A program made the position numbers and the translations under genes. DNA of 64,000 nt from Parcubacteria bacterium C7867-001 (GTDB lineage: Bacteria; Patescibacteriota; Minisyncoccia; Phycocordibacterales; Phycocordibacteraceae): the NCBI GenBank assembly GCA_001189095.1, contig LFCK01000001.1, positions 149,251-213,250 of the forward strand. The letters are read 5' to 3'. The notes below the pieces were generated by a model. That model was not told the DNA's origin. It searched no databases and saw only the letters and a list, made by a program, of their open reading frames with translations. Positions 9,829-19,061 of the stretch are shown here, in pieces. Positions within the stretch are counted from its first letter, which is position 1. The number at the start of each line of letters is the position of its first letter.

Positions 9829-10367
9829 AGGTTAGTCAAGTGGGATGCCGTTTGTTTTGGAGGTACCGGGCAACCGGGAGACCACTCAAGCGCCGCACTG
9901 GCTTTGGAACTGCTGGGATGCTTCTGGGGGCACTCGTTGCCTTTTGGACAGGGGATCTTAGCGGTGAAGGAGACAGAAACGGACCGTCGTAGGGCCTCGA
10001 AACCCTCGATCAGAGGTCCGCAGCAAGAGCGGACAGCAGGCATCTGCACTCTGACGTTGTTCTTTTGAAACGTAAAACAAAAGAGGTAACCAGGTTGGAC
10101 TTCGGGCGATTTTCGCTCGGTCCGCTGCGAGGCGCTTGTCGCCCGCAGAAAATCTAACCCCTGGATGAGTCGCGTGCGACTCATGGGTAGCCGGATAAAC
10201 GCGGCGTGGGTCTCTAATGACTTGCGCACATCGCGTCCCAAAACCGGTAGGCAAATGAAACGAGCCTCGGAATCGGAAGTTGGCTTCGAACACCAACTCT
10301 GACGACGAAACAGTTCACCCCGAAGGGCCGACTCGCACTTAGTTGCGACGAGGCCCTTTATCTTTTT
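9829..10367 (+). ncRNA. Candidate large structured ncRNA (~520 nt)
   Basis: Follows the promoter; no convincing ORF; long-range complementarities; ends in a hairpin plus T-rich tract. Confidence 0.55.
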
Positions 10368-10404
10368 CTATGCTAAGCTGCCCGACGGAAGAAAGGAGAA
10401 CGAC

Positions 10405-10701
10405 ATGTTTTCGGTCGAACATATCGATACGGACCGGGTGCTCGCACCCGGTGAACGCGTTATTTACTTCAGAGGCTATCTCGCCAAGTACCAACTCGGC
10501 ACGTATGGCGTGGCTGGCGTGAATCGCGAGTGGGCGTGGAAGCAGCACCGCGAAGGCCGTGCCATCCTCGTGCAGCGGCGCATGGGGCCGAATGATTTCG
10601 AATACATCGCTATTGGCCGAGCGCGTCCTGAGCGCAAGGACAATGTCGTCGACATCAAGAAGCGGCCGTACAATCGTGAACGTCGCCTTCCGGAACTGTA
10701 A
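10405..10701 (+). CDS. Hypothetical protein
   Basis: AAGGAG SD; 98 aa ORF. Confidence 0.7.
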   Translation: MFSVEHIDTDRVLAPGERVIYFRGYLAKYQLGTYGVAGVNREWAWKQHREGRAILVQRRMGPNDFEYIAIGRARPERKDNVVDIKKRPYNRERRLPEL

Positions 10702-10721
10702 GTTCCAGTTTTCAGAAAATA

Positions 10722-10805
10722 ACGGGCGCCGCGTAGCGGCGCCCGTTTTCTAAAACCTCTAAAATCGAAGTTTGTTAATTACGGGCGCCGCTACGCGGCG
10801 CCCGT
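10722..10805. repeat. Inverted doublet of a 25-bp palindrome (REP/REPIN-like)
   Basis: 10722-10746 is the exact reverse complement of 10781-10805. Confidence 0.75.
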
Positions 10806-10820
10806 GTTATTTTTAGCGTA

Positions 10821-11354
10821 ATGAGGGGCTTTGCTGATCCTAAAGAGAACATTCTCCATCTCGGTCTGCGCGACGGGAATCGCGTTGCGGATCTTGGCGC
10901 GGGAAGCGGTCACTACGCGCTTGCGGCAGCCGCCATCGTGGGGCACGACGGCAAGGTGTACGCGATAGATCTTCAAGAAGACATTCTCACGCGTCTAAAA
11001 AATGAAGCGGAGCATCGCAAATTACGGAACGTCGACATCATCTGGAGCGACTTCGAAAAAGCAGGAGGCACAAAGCTTCGCGACAACACTATCGATGCAG
11101 TCATCCTTTCAAACACGCTCTTTCAGCTTTCGAAAAAGGAAAGTGCTATCGCCGAAATAAAGCGCATCCTGAAGCCGGGAGGGAAGTTGCTTGTCATCGA
11201 TTGGGCGGGTGCGTATGGCGGGATGGGTCCCGCACCGCACCATGTGGTTCCTGAACGAACTGCGGAAGAATTGTTTATCAATGGTGGTTTCCATAAGGTA
11301 AAATCAGTACGAGGCGGCCCGCACCACTACTCCTTACTTTTCACTTGTCCATGA
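10821..11354 (+). CDS. Class I SAM-dependent methyltransferase
   Basis: VADLGAGSG, YAID and LKPGG motifs. Confidence 0.9.
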   Translation: MRGFADPKENILHLGLRDGNRVADLGAGSGHYALAAAAIVGHDGKVYAIDLQEDILTRLKNEAEHRKLRNVDIIWSDFEKAGGTKLRDNTIDAVILSNTLFQLSKKESAIAEIKRILKPGGKLLVIDWAGAYGGMGPAPHHVVPERTAEELFINGGFHKVKSVRGGPHHYSLLFTCP

Positions 11355-12646
11355 GACCTTTCCAAACCAGCATAATTGCAGTATTCATCATTTTCGCGCT
11401 GCTCGGTCTCTTCGTCTTTGCGACCTATAGCGGCTTTGGCGGCAGCAAGACTTCGGTGGGGAAGATACAAATCTGGGGCACGCTTCCTCAGGACGGCATG
11501 GATCAGGCAATCAGCATTCTCTCGCAAGCGAATAAAGACTATAAGGACATAACCTACAAGCAGTATCCTGCCGCATCCTTTGATGCGGAGCTCGCGAATG
11601 CTATTGCCTCGGGTGCGGGTCCTGATCTCATCATCATTACGCAGGAGCAGTTGCTCTTGGAGGCTTCAAAGCTCACCACTGTTTCCTTCAAGACGCTTCC
11701 GCAGCGTACCTATGTAAATACGTACATTCCCGAAGCGTCGCTCTTCCTTGGTGCTGATGGAACGTACGGCGTTCCGTATGTCGTCGATCCGCTCGTAATG
11801 TATTTCAATGAATCCATGCTTGCGTCTGCCGGTGTCGCGACACCGCCGACTTCGTGGGAAGCTGTGAATGCTCTTGCGCCGAAGCTCACTAAGCAATCTG
11901 CAAACCAAACCATCACGAAGAGTGCGGTCGCTTTCGGAGGTTATGGAAACGTGAACAACGCGCGTGCAATCGTTTCGCTCCTTTTGCTCCAATCGGGCAA
12001 TCAAATTTCCCAGCAAGCTTCGCAAGGTATGCGTTCAACGCTCTCAGATGCGCCGTCGGGCACCTTCGGTGCTTCTCCGGCGGAAGCGTCGCTCAATTTC
12101 TACACGCAGTTCGCAAATCCCTCGAAGACCACCTACTCGTGGAATGCGTCGCTACCGTCTGCGCGCCAAGCATTCCTCTCGGGCGATCTCGCGCTCTATT
12201 TCGGCTTTGCTTCCGAGCGCCCGTTCCTCGAAGAAGCGAACCCGAATCTTCGCTTCGACATGGCGCGGGTGCCGCAGCCGGCAGCCGCGAGCTCAAGAAT
12301 TTCTTACGCGAACCTCTACGCATTCGCGGTACCGAAGGCTTCGAAGAATCCTACCGGCGCCTACAAGACGGCGCTCGCGCTGACCGATACGGATCCGCTT
12401 CTCGCCGCGGCCTACGGCATGGGACTCGCACCCGCAAAACGTGCGCTGCTTTCTCCAGCAACAGATGATCTTTTCGGTCCAGTCTTTTATCCAGAAGCAC
12501 TCACTGCGCAGGGCTGGCTGTCCCCAGCGCCTGCAAGTACGGACCGCATCTTTGCCGGTATGATAGACACTGTAGTCACCGGCAGGGGCGATTCGCAGGA
12601 CGCGCTTCAATCCGCCGAACAATCATTCAATGCTGCATTCCGCTAA
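11351..12646 (+). CDS. Extracellular solute-binding protein (sugar ABC SBP family)
   Basis: N-terminal TM, IWG, GPDL, YGVP..VDPLVMYFN, PPTSWE and F.SG..A motifs. Confidence 0.85.
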   Translation: MRPFQTSIIAVFIIFALLGLFVFATYSGFGGSKTSVGKIQIWGTLPQDGMDQAISILSQANKDYKDITYKQYPAASFDAELANAIASGAGPDLIIITQEQLLLEASKLTTVSFKTLPQRTYVNTYIPEASLFLGADGTYGVPYVVDPLVMYFNESMLASAGVATPPTSWEAVNALAPKLTKQSANQTITKSAVAFGGYGNVNNARAIVSLLLLQSGNQISQQASQGMRSTLSDAPSGTFGASPAEASLNFYTQFANPSKTTYSWNASLPSARQAFLSGDLALYFGFASERPFLEEANPNLRFDMARVPQPAAASSRISYANLYAFAVPKASKNPTGAYKTALALTDTDPLLAAAYGMGLAPAKRALLSPATDDLFGPVFYPEALTAQGWLSPAPASTDRIFAGMIDTVVTGRGDSQDALQSAEQSFNAAFR

Positions 12647-12656
12647 TATTTTCTCC

Positions 12657-13376
12657 ATGAGGAACTTCATTCTTGCGTTCGCTCTTTTGTTGGCGGTGTT
12701 CTTTTCTCTTGGTATTCCTGCGTACGCTGCTGTCGGTACCGATAAAGATCCTGCGTGTCCGACGGGCGACCCGAAGACCTGTCCTTTTCCGGGCTCTCAA
12801 GTCTGTGAGACGGGAACTAATCGATGTATTGATAGTGGAAGCTGCGATTCTTCCAATGGTTCTTGTGATCCAAAATATGCTGCTAAAACTCAGACGGTCG
12901 GCGACGGGGAATCCTGCACAAACAACGGGATGCAAAAGTGTACACCTCCCGCAACCTGCAAGATTCAGCTGGGTCATTCAATCGGTAAATGCGTCGCTCC
13001 TGCTTCAGCTGCAGGTCAGACCTCGACTGACGTAAGTCCCGATGGCCAAGTCTCTCCAGAAACAAGCACAGGCGGTCAAAAGTCTCCTGATGTGACAACA
13101 AAGGGGAGTGGAGGGAAGCTCGAAAACCCACTCAATAACATTGATTCCCTCGAGGGTCTTCTCATGGCAGTTCTTCGCGCTGCCGTGACTCTCGGCTCTA
13201 TTCTCCTTGTCGTGGCAATCGTCTGGGTTGGCGCGCAGTTCGTCTTTGCGCAGGGTCAAGAAGAGAAGATACGTGAGGCGCGTAAGGCGCTCATGTGGAC
13301 CGTCATCGGCGGCCTCGTGCTTCTTGGTGCTGAAGCTATATCGATCGTCATTCAGGCGACCGTATCGACCTTATGA
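12657..13376 (+). CDS. VirB2/TrbC-like pilin with Cys-rich N-terminal domain
   Basis: Signal peptide, 10 Cys, LENPL, G.EEKI..ARK.L.W.VIG pilin core. Confidence 0.8.
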   Translation: MRNFILAFALLLAVFFSLGIPAYAAVGTDKDPACPTGDPKTCPFPGSQVCETGTNRCIDSGSCDSSNGSCDPKYAAKTQTVGDGESCTNNGMQKCTPPATCKIQLGHSIGKCVAPASAAGQTSTDVSPDGQVSPETSTGGQKSPDVTTKGSGGKLENPLNNIDSLEGLLMAVLRAAVTLGSILLVVAIVWVGAQFVFAQGQEEKIREARKALMWTVIGGLVLLGAEAISIVIQATVSTL

Positions 13377-13636
13377 GTTTCGCTGAGCTTGTGGGGAATG
13401 TCATTGTTCCAATTGTGGACGGAGCTATCATTCCGCTTCTCTACGCGCTCTCCTTCATTTTCTTTCTCTACGGGGTAGTGAAATATTTCTTCCTTGCTGG
13501 CGAGGAGGCAAAGAACGAAGGGAAGACCTATGCCATTTTCGGCCTCGTTGGCCTCGTGGTGCTTTTTTCTGTCTGGGGCTTTGTTCGCCTCATTCTCCAC
13601 TCTTTTCTCGATTACGCGCTGCCGTTCGGGCTCTAA
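13373..13636 (+). CDS. VirB2/TrbC-like pilin
   Basis: FFLYGVVKYF..GEE...EGK...FGLVGLVV..SVWG.V. Confidence 0.8.
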   Translation: MSFAELVGNVIVPIVDGAIIPLLYALSFIFFLYGVVKYFFLAGEEAKNEGKTYAIFGLVGLVVLFSVWGFVRLILHSFLDYALPFGL

Positions 13637-13687
13637 GCGCTGGGCATAACGTCTTGTTCCTTCATATTCCGCTGCTACCATAGACCT

Positions 13688-14071
13688 ATGGCCACCTCAT
13701 CACTTCCTGCAGCCCTCGTCCTCACGCTCGGTCAGCCGACCGTCTGGGGTCTTATCGGACAAATCATCGCGATCATCGATCAGGTGCTCGTGCCGCTCCT
13801 TTTCGCGGTCGCGTTCATTGTCTTCATTTACGGTGTTTACCAGTACTTCATTGCGGGTGGTGCCGATGAGGAGAAGCGAAAGAAAGGCCGTGAGCTCGTC
13901 ATGTATGGCCTTATTGGCTTCTTTATCATGATTACTGTCTGGGGTCTCGTGAACGTGCTTGTGGCGTCGCTCGGCTTCGGCTCGCAGAGCCGTCCTGCAC
14001 TCCCATGCTTCACGGGCTACTGCTCAGGAGGTGGTAGCGGCATAAACGTCAATATCAACATACCGCTCTAG
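13688..14071 (+). CDS. VirB2/TrbC-like pilin
   Basis: GADEEKRKKGRELVMYGLIGFFIMITVWGLVN. Confidence 0.8.
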   Translation: MATSSLPAALVLTLGQPTVWGLIGQIIAIIDQVLVPLLFAVAFIVFIYGVYQYFIAGGADEEKRKKGRELVMYGLIGFFIMITVWGLVNVLVASLGFGSQSRPALPCFTGYCSGGGSGINVNINIPL

Positions 14072-14132
14072 AAGGGATTGACGCTGGGTTCCGGCAGACT
14101 ATCCTGTATCTATAGATTCTTAACATTCGCTC

Positions 14133-14489
14133 ATGAAAAAAATTGCTTATTTGGGTTCGATGCTCGCGCTCCCGATGCTCGCGTTTGCGGCAATCGGTAG
14201 CATTCAAGATCTCGGAAACTTCTTTATAAATCTCATCAACACGGTGCTCGTGCCGCTCGTGTTCGCGCTCGCCTTCATCGTGTTCATCTGGGGCGTGTTC
14301 ATGTACTTCATTCAGGGCGGCGCCGATGAAGAGAAGCGCGAAAAGGGCCGTGTGCTCATGCTCTACGGTATCGTCGGCTTCTTCCTCATGGTCTCGGTTT
14401 GGGGTCTTGTGAACATCCTCATCGGTACGTTCAACCTCAACAACACGACCGGTCCTTCTTCCGGCTTCCCGCAAGCTCCGACCAAATAA
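14133..14489 (+). CDS. VirB2/TrbC-like pilin
   Basis: Signal peptide; GADEEKREKGRVLMLYGIVGFFLMVSVWGLVN. Confidence 0.8.
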   Translation: MKKIAYLGSMLALPMLAFAAIGSIQDLGNFFINLINTVLVPLVFALAFIVFIWGVFMYFIQGGADEEKREKGRVLMLYGIVGFFLMVSVWGLVNILIGTFNLNNTTGPSSGFPQAPTK

Positions 14490-14585
14490 CACTCTCCTAA
14501 GAAAAACGCGCCGCGCATGCGGCGCGTTTTTCTTATACCCATTCTCTTGCGCACTCGAGCGCTACGCGGTTTATACTAAAGCTAT

Positions 14586-14849
14586 ATGGAAAGCGATCCG
14601 TTCACAGAATTTTTGACGAAAGTCGCCGCGGCTATCATTGACCCCTTGATTACGCTCATCGCACTCGCAGCATTCGTGGTGTTTGTGTGGGGTGTTGTCG
14701 ATTATGTGCGTGGGGCAGGAGACGCGGAGAAGCGAAAAGCGGGGCAGCAGCACATGATCTGGGGCATCATTGGTCTCGCAGTCCTTTTCGGCGCGCGCGC
14801 TATAGTGCAAATTCTCATTGCGACGTTAAACCAGACCCTCGGAGGATAA
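14586..14849 (+). CDS. VirB2/TrbC-like pilin
   Basis: FVWGVVDYVRGAGDAEKRKAGQQHMIWGIIGL. Confidence 0.8.
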   Translation: MESDPFTEFLTKVAAAIIDPLITLIALAAFVVFVWGVVDYVRGAGDAEKRKAGQQHMIWGIIGLAVLFGARAIVQILIATLNQTLGG

Positions 14850-14896
14850 AAAGAAAGCCGCGCTCATTGAGCGCGGCTTGTAGTTTTTCGAGGTAG

Positions 14897-15457
14897 CTAT
14901 TCCTCTTCTTCCTCGTCGTCCGATTCGGATTCCTCCTCCTCGTCCGTCGATTCGTCTTCGGTAGCTGCGCCCGTGTTGCATTGTTCTGCGAGGTTGTACC
15001 CCACCGTAACCGGACGATCCCCGTCGAGGCCGACGAACATCATCTCGGTCACAACCGAGCCGGATTCCGCGAGACGGATGTCCCGGAAGCCGCCCGTACG
15101 CAAATCCTTGTAGAGGAGCTGGTACGACGCGTGCTGGTTCTCGGGTGATTGATACGGAAGGTCGAAGCAGAATCTGAGCTTCGTCCCGCCATCTTCTTGG
15201 CCGATCGAGGTCGTGCCGTTCTTGTTGAACGTGCAGTACCGATGTTCCCGAGAGAACGAAGGGCACACGACCTGCGCAATTGAGGTTGCTTGTTCGTCGG
15301 TAGAAGCCGTTTTTTTCGGCGACGTGTCGGAAAGAGCGAACCAAAATAGGGCTCCTGCGACAAGTACAACGCTCGCGATGAGAAGCGGGACGAACATCGG
15401 GATTTTCCCTTTGCCGCCCTTTTCCTCACCGCCTTTCTTCTTGTGGTCGTCACTCAT
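14897..15457 (-). CDS. Hypothetical membrane-anchored protein with acidic tail
   Basis: One TM, four Cys, poly-E/D C-terminus; start overlaps the upstream stop codon. Confidence 0.7.
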   Translation of the reverse strand: MSDDHKKKGGEEKGGKGKIPMFVPLLIASVVLVAGALFWFALSDTSPKKTASTDEQATSIAQVVCPSFSREHRYCTFNKNGTTSIGQEDGGTKLRFCFDLPYQSPENQHASYQLLYKDLRTGGFRDIRLAESGSVVTEMMFVGLDGDRPVTVGYNLAEQCNTGAATEDESTDEEEESESDDEEEEE

Positions 15458-16467
15458 TACGAGTCTCCTTTCGATTTGTCGCGGCCGCTAAGTCCGGCAG
15501 CGATCGCTGTTCCGATTATGGATGCTGCGTCTTTAAGGCCAGCAATGTTGACGGTCTGCGTGGTTGAGGGACGATCTGGTGTCACGATCGAATGGGCTTG
15601 GCCCATTGCGGTGACAGGATCGACGCCTTTTGCAACGAAGCCGTCCATGCTCTTTTCGAAGGTTGCTTGGAGTTTTACTCGGGCCTCCTCACGCTTTTCC
15701 GCTTCCGCGATTTCGGATGCGGCAGCTGTGACGTTTTCCGGTAGATCGAAGTTAGGAATCGCGACACTGGTGATCTCGATTCCCCAAGGATGGGCTTCGC
15801 CCTTTTCACTACCGTACTGTATATCCGGCGGGTCCTTGGTTACTTTTAGGATCTCACAGTCGTAGCCGTTCGAGCGTTTCTGCAGATGTTCAGTGATGAT
15901 TTTCTTGAGCGCTTCTGCCGGTTTGGAACCGACAAAATCCTCAAGATTGTCACATTCGCGACCAAACGCTCGCGCGACTTGGCTAACGTCCGATTTTATC
16001 CCTTGCTCGGGGTCGGCGAGGTTGCCGAAGTGGAACAGCCCACCGACGCGAGGTCGCCAAAAGATGTTGACCTCGGTCTTGATAATGGTGTCGTCGCCGA
16101 CTTCAATCTGGACTACTTGATCGCCCGCCATTTTGATCGGGCGTTCTTTCATCGAGATGTGCTCGACGCCTTGGATGTTGAACCACTTCAGAATCCAGTG
16201 CTGGCCTTCGACCAATTCCTGACCTTTCTGCCGAGTTCCGAACGAAAGAAGAATCCCGCGTTCAGTAGTCGGAATATAGACCAAGTTGCTGTTCCATACG
16301 GCTACCCACACAAAAGGGGCAGCGGCAAGTCCAGCGAGGATGCTTATCGGATAGAGGTGTAACACCTTACCCGCTACAGTTATTGCTGCTGCCGACAAAA
16401 GGGCAACGGCAGTAGAGAAGAGTGCTCCGGTCACTAAGGTGCCGTTGCGCTCCATGCTATGGGCCAT
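15457..16467 (-). CDS. SPFH/band-7 domain membrane protein
   Basis: Two TMs, ERGILLSFG..L.EG.HW, WGIEITSVAI..FDLP, AE.AEAE coiled coil. Confidence 0.75.
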   Translation of the reverse strand: MAHSMERNGTLVTGALFSTAVALLSAAAITVAGKVLHLYPISILAGLAAAPFVWVAVWNSNLVYIPTTERGILLSFGTRQKGQELVEGQHWILKWFNIQGVEHISMKERPIKMAGDQVVQIEVGDDTIIKTEVNIFWRPRVGGLFHFGNLADPEQGIKSDVSQVARAFGRECDNLEDFVGSKPAEALKKIITEHLQKRSNGYDCEILKVTKDPPDIQYGSEKGEAHPWGIEITSVAIPNFDLPENVTAAASEIAEAEKREEARVKLQATFEKSMDGFVAKGVDPVTAMGQAHSIVTPDRPSTTQTVNIAGLKDAASIIGTAIAAGLSGRDKSKGDS

Positions 16468-16553
16468 AGGACCCTCCTGTTGGTTAATTCGTACCTCGGT
16501 TCTCAAGGTACTTCTGGTACTAAATTAAACAGAAATTACGCTAAAGTCAAGTG

Positions 16554-16637
16554 TGCCGAGGGTGGGAATCGAACCCACACGAACTTTCGTTCACGACGGT
16601 TTAAGCGTCGCGTGTCTACCAATTCCACCACCTCGGC
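16554..16637 (-). tRNA. tRNA-Leu(TAA)
   Basis: Cloverleaf, anticodon arm cgacg-ctTAAac-cgtcg, long variable arm. Confidence 0.95.
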
Positions 16638-16784
16638 AATTTCTACAGGGTACTCGGATACCCCTTCCGTATCAAATGCTTTATTGTTAGGATTGCTAAC
16701 ATTGCGCCCATATGGAAATTCCCATATGGCCGCTCGTTCGGCGCAAAAGAATGATACGTAGTATCATTCTTTTGACCTCACTTT

Positions 16785-16857
16785 GCGCCCATAGCTCAGT
16801 TGGTAGAGCAACTGCCTCTTAAGCAGTGGGTCCCAGGTTCGAGCCCTGGTGGGCGCA
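16785..16857 (+). tRNA. tRNA-Lys(CTT)
   Basis: gcgccca..tgggcgc acceptor stem, ctCTTaa loop, GGTTCGAG. Confidence 0.95.
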
Positions 16858-17000
16858 CAAAGACAGAAAAACCTGCCCTGCGGCAGGTTTTTCTGTCTTT
16901 GTGCGAGCCGCAGCCATGTTTTGTCAGTAGACAAAACGGCGAGGCGGGATCGCGGAATTTTGCGAGTGTCGACGAGCAAAAGATCTGTGATCACAAAATC
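16858..17000 (+). repeat. tRNA-associated palindromic element (partial copy)
   Basis: Shares atgttttgtcagYagacaaaacNgcgaggcgg...gagtgtcgacgag with 61107-61166. Confidence 0.7.
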
Positions 17001-17003
17001 CAG

Positions 17004-17085
17004 TGCCGAGGAGAGGACTCGAACCTCCATCCCTTGCGGGGCCTGCTCCTAAGGCAGGTGCGTCTACCAATTTCGCCACCTCGGC
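17004..17085 (-). tRNA. tRNA-Leu(TAG)
   Basis: cctgc-ctTAGga-gcagg anticodon arm, variable arm. Confidence 0.95.
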
Positions 17086-17092
17086 AATCTTG

Positions 17093-17164
17093 AGGCCCGA
17101 ACGGGAATTGAACCCGTGCATAGCGGGTTTGCAATCCGCCGCGTTACCACTTCGCCATCGGGCC
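17093..17164 (-). tRNA. tRNA-Cys(GCA)
   Basis: ggcccga acceptor stem, ttGCAaa loop, U discriminator. Confidence 0.95.
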
Positions 17165-17202
17165 GTTTTTAGATACTAGCGCGCAGTCGCACGTTTTGCT
17201 AC

Positions 17203-17526
17203 CTAGAGATCCTTGGAAATATCGTCCAAGTGCTGGCGATTTTTCTCGCCGTAGTCAATCGCGAAGCGGACGCGCGGAAGAATAGGGAAGCGTGCTTGCT
17301 GCTTTAAATAATCACGGAAAAGGTCTTGGTGGCGAATGAGGAAGGCAAGCACGTGCTCTTCTTCGCCGTCAGGGAAAACGCTTACATAAATAGTTGCGTT
17401 CTTGCGATCACTCGCAAATTCCGCGCGCGTCGGGGTGATAAGCGTACCGCGACCAGCCTCGCGGGAAATGTATTCAGCTGCGAGGTGGATAAGAATGGAA
17501 TTCGCTCGGTCGTCGCGGATGCTCAT
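17203..17526 (-). CDS. rbfA: Ribosome-binding factor A
   Basis: ITPTRAE...D...ATIYVSV and P.V.F..D; lies directly after infB. Confidence 0.85.
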   Translation of the reverse strand: MSIRDDRANSILIHLAAEYISREAGRGTLITPTRAEFASDRKNATIYVSVFPDGEEEHVLAFLIRHQDLFRDYLKQQARFPILPRVRFAIDYGEKNRQHLDDISKDL

Positions 17527-17528
17527 GG

Positions 17529-19001
17529 CTATGATTGCGTGATGCGGAACGCGACGAGATAGTCACCGGCTGCCGGCTCCGTCTTGCTCTCCATCTCGGC
17601 ACCAAACTCGCCTTCTTTAACGTCCTTCACGTCTGCACGAGCGACTTGGAGATTCGTTATCTTGCCCTTGTCGAGCTCGATATCGCGACGCGTAAGTTTA
17701 ACTTGGTCGCCAAGCGAAAGGACGCCGGACTCTACGCGTGCGCCGATGACCTGTGTGTTACCGCTTCGGTTGAATGTTTTGAGGATTTTTACCTGTGCAA
17801 GGATTTCTTCCTTCTGCACTTTTGGTGCTCGTTCGGTAAGAAGGTCGGCGACGCGTTTATTAAGCTCGTAGATGATCGTAAAGGTTTCTATAGAAATGCC
17901 GCTGCGGTCCGCGAGGTCGCGTGCGGAAGAATCGACATCGACATGAAAGCCAATGACGATGCCTTGCGCTGCCTGCGCGGTCTTCACATCATTTTCTGAA
18001 ACTGAACCAACCCCCGAGCTGATGACGCGCAATGCCGCGTTCTCGTGCTCGATTTTCGAAAGTTCGTAAAGAATGGCGTCGAGGCTTCCCGTCACGTCCG
18101 CCTTGATAACGAGCGGGAGATTCGTTTTGTCGCCAACAGCCTGCATTTCTGCGCGGGAAGCGAGTGCGGCAGCAGCGGATGCGATTTTTTCTGCTTCCTT
18201 TTTATTTGCAGCGACGGTGAAGGGTGTGCCGGGAGGAGGAACCACGGAGAATCCGGATACGGAAACAGGCTCGGACGCTTTTCCCTCGGTAATGCGATTA
18301 CCGGCAAAGTCTTCGATGAAGCGAATAGGCGCGAAAGCGGTATCGGCAACCACAAAGGCGCCGGTGGAAAGAGTTCCTTCCTTGATGATGAGTGTCGCTG
18401 AAAGGCCGCGTTTCGGGTCCTGCGTTGATTCAAGGATGAATCCTTCTGCAGGAAGGGTAAGGTCGCAGGTGAGTTCCGCGAGGTCCGCCGTGAGGAGAAC
18501 GAGGTCGAGGAGTTCGGGAACGCCTTCACCTGATTTCGAAGACACGCCTGCAAAAGAAATCGATCCACCAAGTCCTTCCAGATAAATACCAGCCTCAAGC
18601 GCGGAAATCTTTGCGCGCTCTACATCGGCACCGTTCTTGTCTATCTTGGTGAAGGCGACGACGAACGGAATGCCAGACTCCATGATGGCGTCATAGGATT
18701 CCTTGGTTTGCGGCTTTACGCCTTCGTCTGCAGCGATAACGAGCACGGCGACGTCTGCAGCTTTCGCGCCGCGGGAACGAAGCGCGCGGAAGGCTTCGTG
18801 TCCGGGGGTATCAAGGAAGGTAATGCGGCGTTTCGTGCCTTCGTGCTCGTGTTCTGCGACATAGGCAGAGACGTGCTGGGTAATGCCACCCGCTTCAGTA
18901 GCGGTTACATTTGCTTTGCGGATGTAGTCGAGCAGGGAGGATTTCCCGTGGTCGACGTGACCCATAACAGCAACAATAGGCGGACGAGGAGTGCGAGCCA
19001 T
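17529..19001 (-). CDS. infB: Translation initiation factor IF-2 (short form)
   Basis: [28 protein letters not shown]. Confidence 0.97.
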   Translation of the reverse strand: MARTPRPPIVAVMGHVDHGKSSLLDYIRKANVTATEAGGITQHVSAYVAEHEHEGTKRRITFLDTPGHEAFRALRSRGAKAADVAVLVIAADEGVKPQTKESYDAIMESGIPFVVAFTKIDKNGADVERAKISALEAGIYLEGLGGSISFAGVSSKSGEGVPELLDLVLLTADLAELTCDLTLPAEGFILESTQDPKRGLSATLIIKEGTLSTGAFVVADTAFAPIRFIEDFAGNRITEGKASEPVSVSGFSVVPPPGTPFTVAANKKEAEKIASAAAALASRAEMQAVGDKTNLPLVIKADVTGSLDAILYELSKIEHENAALRVISSGVGSVSENDVKTAQAAQGIVIGFHVDVDSSARDLADRSGISIETFTIIYELNKRVADLLTERAPKVQKEEILAQVKILKTFNRSGNTQVIGARVESGVLSLGDQVKLTRRDIELDKGKITNLQVARADVKDVKEGEFGAEMESKTEPAAGDYLVAFRITQS

Positions 19002-19061
19002 AGTATTAAGGAGTACACCATGGACCTTCCCGAAAATCAACGAGGACCGTATGCTCTAGGT

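Noticed and set aside
10299-10313. CTGACGA-C-GAAAC resembling a hammerhead ribozyme core
   Set aside because: No room for stem II, and no clear stems I and III around a cleavage triplet.
10250-10345. GCA-AAT-GAA... resembling a tmRNA tag reading frame
   Set aside because: No tRNA-like acceptor or T-arm ends and no ALAA-type tag terminus.
17529-19001. Unusually short IF-2 (and four-domain S1, short DnaX)
   Set aside because: Expected streamlining in CPR bacteria, not evidence of pseudogenes.
18708-19061. Extended N-terminus of the cysteine desulfurase ORF
   Set aside because: Overlaps infB on the opposite strand; family similarity begins at the ATG at 19062.
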